DNA from: Haliotis rufescens
Taxonomy: Eukaryota
DNA: 64,000 nucleotides
Reading direction: 5' to 3'
Assembly: GCF_023055435.1 (NCBI RefSeq)
Contig: NW_025964112.1
Location: forward strand, 23,498,001-23,562,000
The translations under genes and the position numbers were made by a program. Positions 51,201 to 61,759 of this stretch are shown here, piece after piece. The number at the start of each line of letters is the position of its first letter. Position 1 is the first letter of the stretch. The notes under the pieces are model-generated. The model saw only the letters and a list, made by a program, of their open reading frames with translations, was not told the origin of the DNA and did no database searches.

Positions 51201-51854
51201 ATGGTTTGTGATAACAGTGTTGAATAAGTAAGAAATAGACTCATGGTCGTTGTTTATCGTGCAATAAAACACTGCAGGGAGAATAAACCATGAATATACA
51301 TAATGTCATACATATTGTACAGCCTGTTGTGGATGTTAATAAAATGTATAAACTTTAAACATATTTACCCGTATATAAATAATGATGACTCCTTGAATAT
51401 AATCCGACCTCGGCAATGTCGGACAAGTCCATTTTGTGAACAGGGGTTTTCGTTTGGTATTTCTACCATATTCTCGCAATTGTCACGTCGATTATCTGTA
51501 CCTTTCCCCCCAATATTTGAATGTTATCGTCCGGCCACTGCGTTCTTCTTCATTGCCCGGCTCCATCTATGGGGAACAACAAGACGCTAACCTCTCAAAA
51601 TAACGTCGTCCAATTTACGTCGTTCAAGTTGCGAGCGCATGTTCGAATCTCCAGAAATGACATCATGATAGAACAATGTTTTATCGTAAAATAGACGTGT
51701 AATGAGATGACTGTGCATCCAAATATCTTGCCATGAAAAAAATGTTTATCAGATCAAAAGACTAAAAAAATATATTAAATTTGACACGTTTAATGTTCTT
51801 ATCTTTACATGTTTAATAGTGTCTTATTGACAGATTATTCACCCACTGTTTCAG

Positions 51855-51914
51855 CTACGTCGGCGATTTCGGAAGAGGCACGTCATCGTCTTTGGCTGCA
51901 TATCATTGGTGTTG
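51855..51914 (+). CDS. Putative N-terminal exon (basic + hydrophobic) of the sulfotransferase
   Basis: tttcag|LRRRFRKRHVIVFGCISLVL|gttcgt. A candidate upstream ATG|gtaagt lies at 49741-49743. The donor choice is uncertain. Confidence 0.45.
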
Positions 51915-51924
51915 GTTCGTAGTA

Positions 51925-52165
51925 TGATGAGCTGTAAGAGCATGTTCCTTTTATGTTGAGTTGTCTGATGATGAGTGTATTATGATGAGCTGTCAAATCA
52001 TGACTGAATTATGATGAGGTGTCAGATGATGAGTGTATTATGATGAGCTGTCAAATCATGACTGAATTATGTTGAGTTGTCAGATGATGAGTGTATTATG
52101 ATGAGCTGTCAAATCATGATTGAATTATGATGCGGTGTCAGATGATGAGTGCATTGTGATGAGTT
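51925..52165. repeat. About 58-bp tandem repeat, 3-4 copies
   Basis: atgatgagtgtattatgatgagctgtcaaatcatgactgaattatg.. repeated. Confidence 0.8.
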
Positions 52166-52889
52166 GATGAAATATATTATAATGACACTTTGACACTGGT
52201 TGACTGTGACTTTTTGCGAAGGGAATCAGGAGTGAGTGAGTCAATTATTTACTTTGCCTATTTTGTGTCTTGTCTTCGGGTGTATACTAGAATTTCGAGA
52301 AAAAGGATTATGTATAATGTGTTGAATGAAGAGATGTCATATCGTGAGTGTATTACGATGAGAAGTCCGTACAACATCAGACCATGTATGCATGAACTGA
52401 TGAGCTGAAAAGATGGGTTCGTATTCTCGAACTGAAAATTCCGTTCATAATTTCAAATATCTGTAAAACTATGTTCCTAATATAATACGTTGAGGCAGAT
52501 CATCAGCTGTAATTGAGTAGGGTGAGCACATACCATAACGAATAAGGATGATGTACGGTTGTGTTTGGTAAATTGGGGATGATCTGTAGGATGAATTGTG
52601 TCAACAGATGGACCAGAATCGTCAGCAGACACATCCATGACGAGGCGACATCTTCACGTTAATGAGGTACATGACGGTGTTTCATTCCGTACCAACTGAA
52701 CTGTGTGAACACCTATGTTCATTCCTTTGTTCTTTTAGATTAACGGAGCAGAAAAGGTGCCCTAGTACACAATGCATGTCGTAAGGGACATGCCACATAA
52801 TACTGAGATATTTGTTTGAGACAGAAACTCTCAGTTAGCACCACAAAAAAAACTAAACTAATCAGCGACAACAAAACGACAACAACAAC

Positions 52890-52921
<32 letters not shown>

Positions 52922-53525
52922 CAATAACAACAACAACAACAACAACAACAACGCGCTCAAACTCCACAGCGTACTCATGTTGGCGTCTTCACAAAACGAA
53001 AAAGAAATAATGGGATGTTGAAGTAGAGTTTTGAAAAATATGTCTTTAACTGTGCTTTGAAATGTGCCAAAGATTCAGCAAATCTCGAAAAGGAAAAGAA
53101 TTCCACTTCGTAGCTGCTTCTACTCCGAAAAAGCGATATCCAAAAGTATTTGACTATAAATATAAACCTGATGGCCACAGTGACGACATGGGATGGGAGG
53201 TAGTTGAATGTGTGACATCAACCGCAGGTCAATTCCTGGTTGTACTCAGTCTTAGTTTGTGTCAACTTACACCACACGTACTTTTTACTATCGATATTGC
53301 TCAATAAAACGTGATAAATCTCCGGAGCTCCTAAATTTATTCCCAATCACTCGGTAAAGGAGCAGAGCCGAATCGTACCGTTTCCGGATAATAATAGTAA
53401 TCTGGGTCATCCATGACTCGTTATATAGCCCCATTAATAAAACATAATTAGGAAAAAGTCTACATTTTAATGAAAGTAAAAGTTCTACCACTGACAAACA
53501 AATGTAACTACAAGATATATTTCAG

Positions 53526-53651
53526 ATGAGGAAAAAGAATTATCTAAAATTGGCAATAGAGGGCATCCAAACGTCCGATGAAAAAGTATTACTGAAGCGC
53601 TACCATGACAGCCTGATGACTGCACTGGGAAACAGAAGCGAGGAGACCAAG
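53526..53651 (+). CDS. Putative stem exon of the sulfotransferase
   Basis: tttcag|...AAG|gtgagg, 126 nt, phase 0-0, compatible with the exon at 58969. Confidence 0.55.
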
Positions 53652-54012
53652 GTGAGGAGCCAATGTATCTTGCATGCTTCAGTTTCCACTTGTGCTGCCT
53701 TGTTTCCCCCGCTAACGCCCAGGCTGATACGTGATCAGCGGTTCGTGTGTTATTCAATTGTGTATGGTGTGTAAGGGCATCAGTGTATATTTTTGCTTTC
53801 CTCAAACCGACCGTATTTCCCACGGTTTCTTGATTTCTTCCGACCAACTGGAAACCCCCCAACCTGATAAAAAAGTGATGGTTTGTGCCGTGTTAATTCA
53901 AGCCAAAAAGGCCACTGGCCCACAGGACATACATTGTCAATATTAAAACAAAATAGATAGTTACGATATACACGAGAGGATTAAAACAATATATATACAT
54001 AACGACAAGCAA

Positions 54013-56354
54013 TTATTGATGAAGTGTAGGATACAATTTAAAAGCGAAAAATATGTATTTACTTAAATTTAACAGTGTTTGAGGGCATTTGGAATTCATT
54101 AGCTTTTCAAATGTTGTAACAGAAGGATGTTTATAATAAATAGGTTGAATATAAGATTCCCGGAGTTGAGGGAAGGCTTTGCAGACAAGTAAAAAATGAT
54201 ATTCGTTTTCAATAACATCTATTCCATAACGGCTACAGTATGAACATAATCTGATTTCTTCATCCAAGCCCATTCTTCGTCCAAGTTCAATCATTAAATT
54301 GTGGCATCCGCATCTAAATCTTGATAGTGCTTGTCTGTAAGTCCGTAAATTGATATGTGTAAGATAAAGTTCGACATTCAAAACAGATTTATAAGTAGAG
54401 TAGGAAGATAGTTTAGAGTTGCCTGTAATGTCTGCTTGCCATTGTTGAATATCTACGTCGATGATACGTTGTTGTATTTCTGATTTAATTCCAGAGTCCT
54501 GCATGATCCAAGTGTATCCAAATCCATATCTCAATAAAGTTTCTTTAACATCTGACACCCACGATGTACGATTTACACTGCCCAGTCCATGTAACATTAT
54601 GTACGTTTGCTTTGGAAGTCGATTGTTGTCCATTGAGATAAGTTTAGTCCAAAAAGATAACAATTTCATTATTTGCGTCACGAAGACAGTATTTCTTCCA
54701 CAGTCACCAAGAACAGCAGCATTGCATGCATTTTGAGGACATAGATAATCTTCTTGAAATATTTTAGCTGAACTGTTTCGATACATTGAATCCGTTGAAA
54801 CACCCAAATTACAGCGCCGTAGGTAAGGACTGGTAATATCATTCTGTCAAATAGGTTTGCAGCAACATTTATTGGCAGTCCACCACACTTAAAACGGAAT
54901 GTATAGATAAGCTGGCATGCTTTTTCGGCTTGCTGTGCTAATGTCGTTGTTGCTCGAGTCCATACTGCCTTAGGCGTGAAGAGTGTCCCAGGTACTTATA
55001 GAATGGCACAACTTTAACCTTTGTTCCTTTGTAAAACCACTTTTCGTAGTTGCGTAGGTATCCTCCGTTCCGAAATACTACAATCTGGGATTTATCTAAA
55101 TTAAGTGAAAGCCCCCATTTGTCAAAGAATGTGCTGAGAACATCAATTTGTTGCTGAAGCCTCCCAACTGTATCTGCAGTGTTTGCCACGTCATCTGCAT
55201 ATAGGAGAGAACATACATTTGGAGCATCCTCTGAAAAATATATACCTTTACAGTCTGATATTGTCATCTCCGTTGTAAGTTCATTTATAAATAAGCTGAA
55301 AAGTAACGGGCTTAGCATACAGCCTTGTCTTGTTCCTTGAAAAAACTGGAAGAATTATGTTAAACCACAGGAAGTTCTGCCACATTACTTTAATTTGGAA
55401 TACATTTTTCGTAGAATAGTCAAGATATTACCATGTATATCATAGTTGATGAGTCGGTACCAAAGATGAGAATGGTTTACATTGTCGAAAGCTTTCGAGA
55501 AGTCTATGAGAAAACACTTAAATCGTCCACCAGACTTCGAGAGATATTTCATTATCATTCCATATAAAGTGAACATGTTATCTACGGTTGCGTAGCCCTT
55601 CCTAAATCCAGCTTGATTTTCGTATATGATATTGTTATCGGATGTCCACTGATAAAATCTTTCGTTCAATATTTTTGTGAAGACTTTTCCAATTATCGAT
55701 AAAAGTGAGATACCTCTATAGTTGTTTACGTCATTCAGTGATCCCTTCGTTCGGAGAGGACATATTATAGCTTTACACCACTCGTCAGGAAAATTTCCAG
55801 TTACAAGAGTCTTGTTGAAGAGACGTAAAAGAACAGGCGATATGACATCAACAGAATGAAGTAATATTTCTGATGGTATACCATCACAACCCGGCGTCTT
55901 GTTCCGCTTTAATTCTCCAATTGTTCTAGTTACCTCAGACAAAGTTATAGATGCATTTAGGAAATAAGGTGTGTTATCTTCACAGTCCAGACACTGGTCG
56001 TCATGTAGAGAGATAAGACATTATTTACCGTATCTTCCATTGTTGTATCTTTTTGTTCACTATTTAATGAACTTTGAAAATGATTCAGCCAATCATGTGC
56101 ACTTATTTTGTTATTAGGTTTTGAAGTTGTTAGCTTCTTCAGTTCCTTCCAGAGATCGTCAGTATTGTGTTTAACTTAGATGAGATTGTCCGATACGCTT
56201 CTTTTAAAATCTTCTTTTTTCTTTCGGCAAACATCTCTGAAAAGATATTTCAATCTTTTATAATCTTGAATATCTTGGTGAAGATTGGTTATCCTGAGTT
56301 TATCAAGAGCAAGATATTTTTCTTGTTTTGCTGTCTCAGTCACTTTCCCACCAT
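54013..56354 (-). pseudogene. LINE ORF2 linker, RT and C-terminal domain (frameshifted)
   Basis: KTPGCDGI, NYRGISLL, QAGFRKG, DFSKAFD, QGCMLSPLLF, LYADD, YKYLG, HNLMIELGR, ENEYHFLLVC. Confidence 0.92.
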
Positions 56355-56518
56355 TGGTGTTGAGTCCTCACGTGCTGATCACGTGACGTTTGTCGTCTGC
56401 TCATGCATTCAGCAGCTCTACCGTAGAAGTCGTTAATTAATAGTTAGAGTTACAGTTAGAGTGACGTCCCTTTCCTCTTGACAAGAAGTAAACAAGAAAG
56501 CAAAGCACTCAGAAAGGT

Positions 56519-57314
56519 ATGGGGGTAGATATCAATACCTGGAGAGTAAAGATAGGAACTTTTTCGAGACGAAAACCAAGCGTAAAGTTCAGAATTAACA
56601 CATTGTGTGTGCCGTTGTCAGTGACCACGCTTTTCGTGATAGCGATTTTGACTGTGACTGTGTGTGGGGATGTTGAGACGAACCCAGGTCCTGAAACCCC
56701 AGCAGGTAGTGTTAAATATACAGTAAAAGAACTGAGTGAAATAGTACATTCACTTCAGGCGGAGATAAAGGGGCTAAAGGAGCAGGTAGCTAGACTTACT
56801 TCAAGTCTCGAAACGAAGACTAATGACTTAGGGAGAAAAACTGATGATCTAGAGAATAACTCAAGGAGAGAGAATATTGTGGTGTACGGGATTCCTGAGA
56901 AGGATGTGAATGAAAGAGAGACCTGGGCAGATTGTGAGACCGCTGTGAGAAAGGTTCTGGTGGATAAGCTAGACATGGATGAAGCAGACAGTGATGAAGG
57001 GGTGGGGATAGAGAGAGCCCACAGAGTTGGGAAGAAGAGAGATGGAGGGAAGCCTAGACCTATAGTTGTCAAGCTCACAAGGGGAAAGACAGCCATCCTT
57101 ACTTATGCCAGGGAAAAGCTTAGAAAGAGTCCTGTGAAAATCAGTGAGGATTACAGTTATGTGGTAAGAGAAAAAAAGGAAGAATTTGATTCCTCACATG
57201 ATAAAAGCCAGGAATGATGGACAAGAAGCTTACCTGCGGTTTGATAAGCTGGTTATCGATGGGAAGTCATATGACTTTAACCACAAAACCAGTACATTGA
57301 CTGAGTTTAGATAG
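56519..57314 (+). pseudogene. LINE ORF1 (2A-like motif, coiled coil, RRM-like), frameshifted in the A-run near 57175
   Basis: DVETNPGP; DLENNSRRENIVVYGIPE; IERAHRVG..RPIVVK; C-terminus AYLRFDKLVIDG in a shifted frame. Confidence 0.85.
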
Positions 57315-57384
57315 AGGTTAGGCCGGGCCCAGTCACTAACAGACTACCCAGGGACTGAAACTTATACTGATGCTTCATCTGCTA

Positions 57385-58344
57385 AAGATATCTTCACATG
57401 GAACTGCCAATCTCTTAAACGCCATCTACAGGATAAACTATTGGAACATATACTGTCACAACACTCAGTGGTAGGATTATGTGAGACATGGTTGTATTCT
57501 GTATATGACTACAGTACATTTCTCTCAGACACACATCAACTATTTGCTACATGCAGAGACAGGCTGAAGCATGGAGGAGTTGGTGTGTATGTTGATAAGC
57601 GTTTGTGTTGTACAAGAATACTGTCACATATTCAAGATGCTGTCTTCTTACTTTTTGACAAGAAAGTCTTTGGCTATACCAGAGATGTAGTAATAGGAGT
57701 GCTGTATGTTTCACCAGAATACTCACAGTATTATGTAGGAAAAGATACTGACAGTTTAGATACACTAGATGAATGTCTTCATGATATTAAAACGTGTTAT
57801 GATGCTGACATTATACTTACAGGTGACTTTAACTCTAGAACAGGTATCAGTGATGATTGTATTATTGATGACAGTGCCGACTATCTTCCAGGTGGTGAGT
57901 GGTATGATAGTGACGATTTACACACCAAGAGAAACGACAGAGACCTAGAGGTCAATAACTTTGGTAGACGTCTTTTGAATATATGTATATCACACTCTTT
58001 GCATATTGCCAATGGTAGATTTCAGGGTGATGCCCTCGGTGATTTTACATGTGTTTCAAGAAATGGGCAAAGTGTTTTAGATTATTTGATTGTTAGTTCA
58101 TCTTTATTTCCAGTGATAAATGCTTTCAAGATTGGAAACTTGAATGATTCAGATCATTTTCCAGTCATAGGTGAATTTGTACCAAAACAGCAAGCTGGTA
58201 TGGAAAATGAAGATTATTCAAAGGCGTCTTACACCAAATATAAATGTTATTCTAGATATTCTGACACGTTCCAGAGACTAATCAGAGATGAAACTGCAGC
58301 GGAATTAATTGCGGAGATTGTCAATAGAAGAGGCTGTACTATTA
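57385..58344 (+). pseudogene. LINE ORF2 APE-type endonuclease (truncated at the inversion point)
   Basis: TWNCQ, LCETW, HGGVG, TGDFNSR, SVLDY, SDHFP. Confidence 0.9.
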
Positions 58345-58968
58345 ATAAAAAGTGATGGAAAAGAAAACAATAAGATAGAGATATATTAATGTGAAATAAC
58401 GAGTCCTGCATAGTGGTTATAAACCATGGTGTGCATTATCTATAACGGTTTCTTTTACTCTTTTTCCGGCCGACACATTTCTTATGTCTGATGACCAGGT
58501 TAAACGTTAAACATTGCATGCATTGATGTCGTCAAGACTGTATTGTCACTTCTAGAACTGAACGAAGACACTGATAGAAACACTCTTAACAGGGTAAAGA
58601 GTGTATGTCCAATGATATGTATGTCTAATAATGTGTGTGTGTGTAATAATGTGAATCCTACACAAATATGCCAATATGTACAACTACTAAGTTGAAGATA
58701 TTTTTTCAAACAAATACTTTATTTACCCGAAATGTGTACATAGTTATCATGTGTTTTGCAAAGAAAACAAAACCGTCATCTTTTTCAAACGATGATAGTT
58801 TCACAGAATTGTCACATTGCAATGGAGGATAAAAAGCAAATATTTAAACATATCTCCATTGAACATCTTTTATGTTATCACAAATTGATAGCAGCCCCTC
58901 TTTTCCGGTTATTCGTTTGTAACATGCACCAATACCCGAAGATAAACTGGAATGTATTCTATTTACAG

Positions 58969-60084
58969 CTCCCCAATCGAAATCGATACTCAGAAAGACG
59001 GGATCACCTGACACGTGCGTGTGATTCCATACCAGGAAGACAGAAGACTTTAAGATCACTGCACACCTTGTGGTACATGGACACTCCTAAGATGGTGTAC
59101 TGTTCTGTTGCCAAATCTGGTTCGAGTTTCTGGAGACGCACATGGGAAGCGCTCAGTGTGTATGATGGTCATGAAACATCACCCTACAAATTTGCTCATT
59201 CAGCGTTCAAATCCCAATATCATAGGCTGGACATTATCAATGCTACTAAGTCAGGAGAGATGGGTTTTTCCTTGCTAAAACTGCTTGACACATCTTTCAA
59301 ATATGTATTTGCAAGAGATCCATACGCACGTATTTTTTCGGCGTATGTTGATAAATTTGTAGCTCCCAATAATTATTTATGGAAACAAATCGGAAAGAAA
59401 ATTGTCCAATCCAGAGATTTGGCTTCCGATAAGAGTCTTCGATGTGGGCATGATGTAACATTTCGTGAGTTTGTGAAGTACATCATAGACACCCCTAGGC
59501 GTCGCCTTGACGATCACTTTATTCCCGTGTCTAGTGTGTGCGATGTATGCAACCTTCAGTATGACGTTGTTGCGAAAATGGAAACGTTTAAAGAGGACGT
59601 GTCATACATTTTTAGGCATCTCAATGTCGACAACAGAATAAAGTTTAAAGATTTCAAACTGGAGCATTTGGTTGATTCAGTCGTCGATTACGTCACACGG
59701 GCCTTTTCCCAACGCGAGCGGATTCGTCCATGCGTGTCTTTCCACACAGCGCTTCGTCGTCTCTGGAGACAGATGCAGATCCTGGGACTGATATCAAAGC
59801 AGGAAGAGTTTCCCCTTACCCCGGAACAAAGTGAAACATCCAAGGAAATTGAAGTCATCAATTTTGCCCTTGAAGCAAGCTTGAGAAGTGGTGTGTCCGC
59901 ATCAAACAAGGAGGCCTTTCTTCAGGCATATCGTACGATTTCGAAAGACGATTTGGAAGAAATAAGAAAAAAATACCATAAAGACTTTTTGTTATTTGCT
60001 TATGACGATCGGCCACATATGTTGTTTCAGAAATCTGAACAGTTGGACAATACGTTTGATTATTTTGATGTGCTGAATGAATAA
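58969..60084 (+). CDS. Carbohydrate sulfotransferase (CHST8-14 / Sulfotransfer_2 family, CHST11-like), catalytic last exon
   Basis: Acceptor tttacag|. 5'-PSB-like YCSVAKSGSSFW, 3'-PB RDPYARIFSAY, DDHF..C..C, Y..DF.LF.Y. AATAAA at about 60119. Confidence 0.92.
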   Translation, partial: LPNRNRYSERRDHLTRACDSIPGRQKTLRSLHTLWYMDTPKMVYCSVAKSGSSFWRRTWEALSVYDGHETSPYKFAHSAFKSQYHRLDIINATKSGEMGFSLLKLLDTSFKYVFARDPYARIFSAYVDKFVAPNNYLWKQIGKKIVQSRDLASDKSLRCGHDVTFREFVKYIIDTPRRRLDDHFIPVSSVCDVCNLQYDVVAKMETFKEDVSYIFRHLNVDNRIKFKDFKLEHLVDSVVDYVTRAFSQRERIRPCVSFHTALRRLWRQMQILGLISKQEEFPLTPEQSETSKEIEVINFALEASLRSGVSASNKEAFLQAYRTISKDDLEEIRKKYHKDFLLFAYDDRPHMLFQKSEQLDNTFDYFDVLNE

Positions 60085-60599
60085 TCAGGAATGAAGCGTT
60101 AGATGACACCCCAACTGTAATAAACATTTCAACAAAGCTCCTATTATATAGAGAAAACTGTCACTGAACGTGTTGAAAATTGAAAATACCCTGGCATTTT
60201 ACAATGAATTTTGTCTGTGTGTGTGGGGGGGGGGGGGGGGGGGATTTTTTGTTTGTTTGTTGCTGCACTCAGCAATATTCCAGTTATATGAGAGAGAGAG
60301 AGAGAGAGAGAGTATTTGGGCCTTACCAAAGTGTACCTAAATCACTCACTTTTAATAAATGTAGGCCATCAAATCATAATCTCCCCCGTCGAAAAAAGAA
60401 GATGGCAAAGTTTAACCCATGAGGACAGCACATGTAATATATGAATGGAAATGTGTTTGAAAGTGAACGATTATGAACATTACATATTTAAAAAATCTAA
60501 ATGATAAGTAACATTACATCAACTGTCTACAGAAAATTACTAAATTCGTGTTTGTTAATGTCATATTATCATGTGTCTTTTAGTTTTTGTTTATGTAAT

Positions 60600-60930
60600 A
60601 ATATGTAGCATGTTGCAGCAGAACGTAGCATGCAGTAACAGCATGTAGCATGCAGTAACAGTATGTAGAATGAATTAACATTAATATATATTATGTTTGG
60701 AGAACTTGTATCATGCTGTAACAGTATGTAGAATGAATTAACATTAATATATATTATGTTTGGAGAACGTGTATCCTGCAGTAACATGCAGTATCTTCAA
60801 GTAGAATGCAGTAACAACATGTAGCATGCAGTAACAACATGTAGCATGCAGTAACAACATGTAACATATAGGAACAACATGTATCATTCGGTAACAACAT
60901 GTAACATGCAGTAACAACATGCGCAATAGC
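60600..60930. repeat. Short array of ~20-bp units related to the 61760-64000 satellite
   Basis: atgtagcatgcagtaacaac repeats. Confidence 0.8.
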
Positions 60931-61183
60931 GTGCTACATGGTTGCAACCCCAGAACACCCTAATCCTAACCATTTTACATCACATACAGCTAGTTTGACG
61001 GGGCTTTGCAACGTGTCGGGTCAACAAGTGAATAAACTTGATGTTTCCAAGAAGAAGCCTAAATCATCTTTAAGCGTGATCAGTACAAAGTGACGAGACA
61101 TAATTGTGAATCTCGCGATATGCGACTTAGAAACAAAATAAAAGTAATAATTGTTCCGATTTGTAATTGTTCCTACAAATGTC

Positions 61184-61474
61184 GGGGGCACGGGTGGCCC
61201 AGTCGTCGTCTAAGTCGTCGCGATGCGCTGTGCAGAGTTAAGTACCTTGGGCACGCCAGAAATCTATGATTGTGGGTTCTAATCCCGGTTCGTCCCGATT
61301 ATGTTTCTAGGTTTGTCAGCACCATACCCGTGCTCGTGGGTTTCACTGAAGTGGTAAACGTCTGAGACCTGCATCGCTTCGGGCTTTCCTCCCACATTAA
61401 GCTGACACGCCGTGATATAACTGGATTAATGTTAAAAGCGGCACTAAACCCACATCACTCACTCACTCACTCAC
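61184..61474 (+). mobile_element. SINE family B copy
   Basis: 13-bp TSD tcctacaaatgtc; (ACTC)n tail. Confidence 0.9.
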
Positions 61475-61759
61475 TCCTACAAATGTCACACAAGCTGTAC
61501 AAAAAGTGTTCTGTCAGAAACCATATTTTCTCCGTGCCTGAACCGGACGATGGTTAGGTCAAATTCAAGATTCACATTCTGTTTTTGTCAGCTGCTCGAT
61601 GGTGGTCTTGTACTGCTTTTATACGTACTTTAGCCGTCCGTACATAGCCTGAGATTGTCGGATAGTAAAAGCAGACCAGTACATAGCTATGATTGTGCAG
61701 CTGGTCAGCATCATACCAATGCTCGTGGGTTTCACCTAACGCAACATGCATTAACGGCA

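Larger units (their letters stand above)
53882..58344 (-). mobile_element. CR1/L2-type LINE with inverted 5' half
   Basis: RT and C-terminal region on - (53882-56354). 5'UTR, ORF1 and APE endonuclease on + (56355-58344). Flanking direct repeat ataaaaa(a)gtgatgg. Confidence 0.88.

Noticed and set aside
52740-53010. Poly-Val/Ile/Thr ORFs
   Set aside because: (AAT)n/(AAC)n microsatellite.
58756-58968. N-terminal 71 aa of the 442-aa ORF
   Set aside because: Non-ATG start, upstream of a clear acceptor at 58968; probably intronic.
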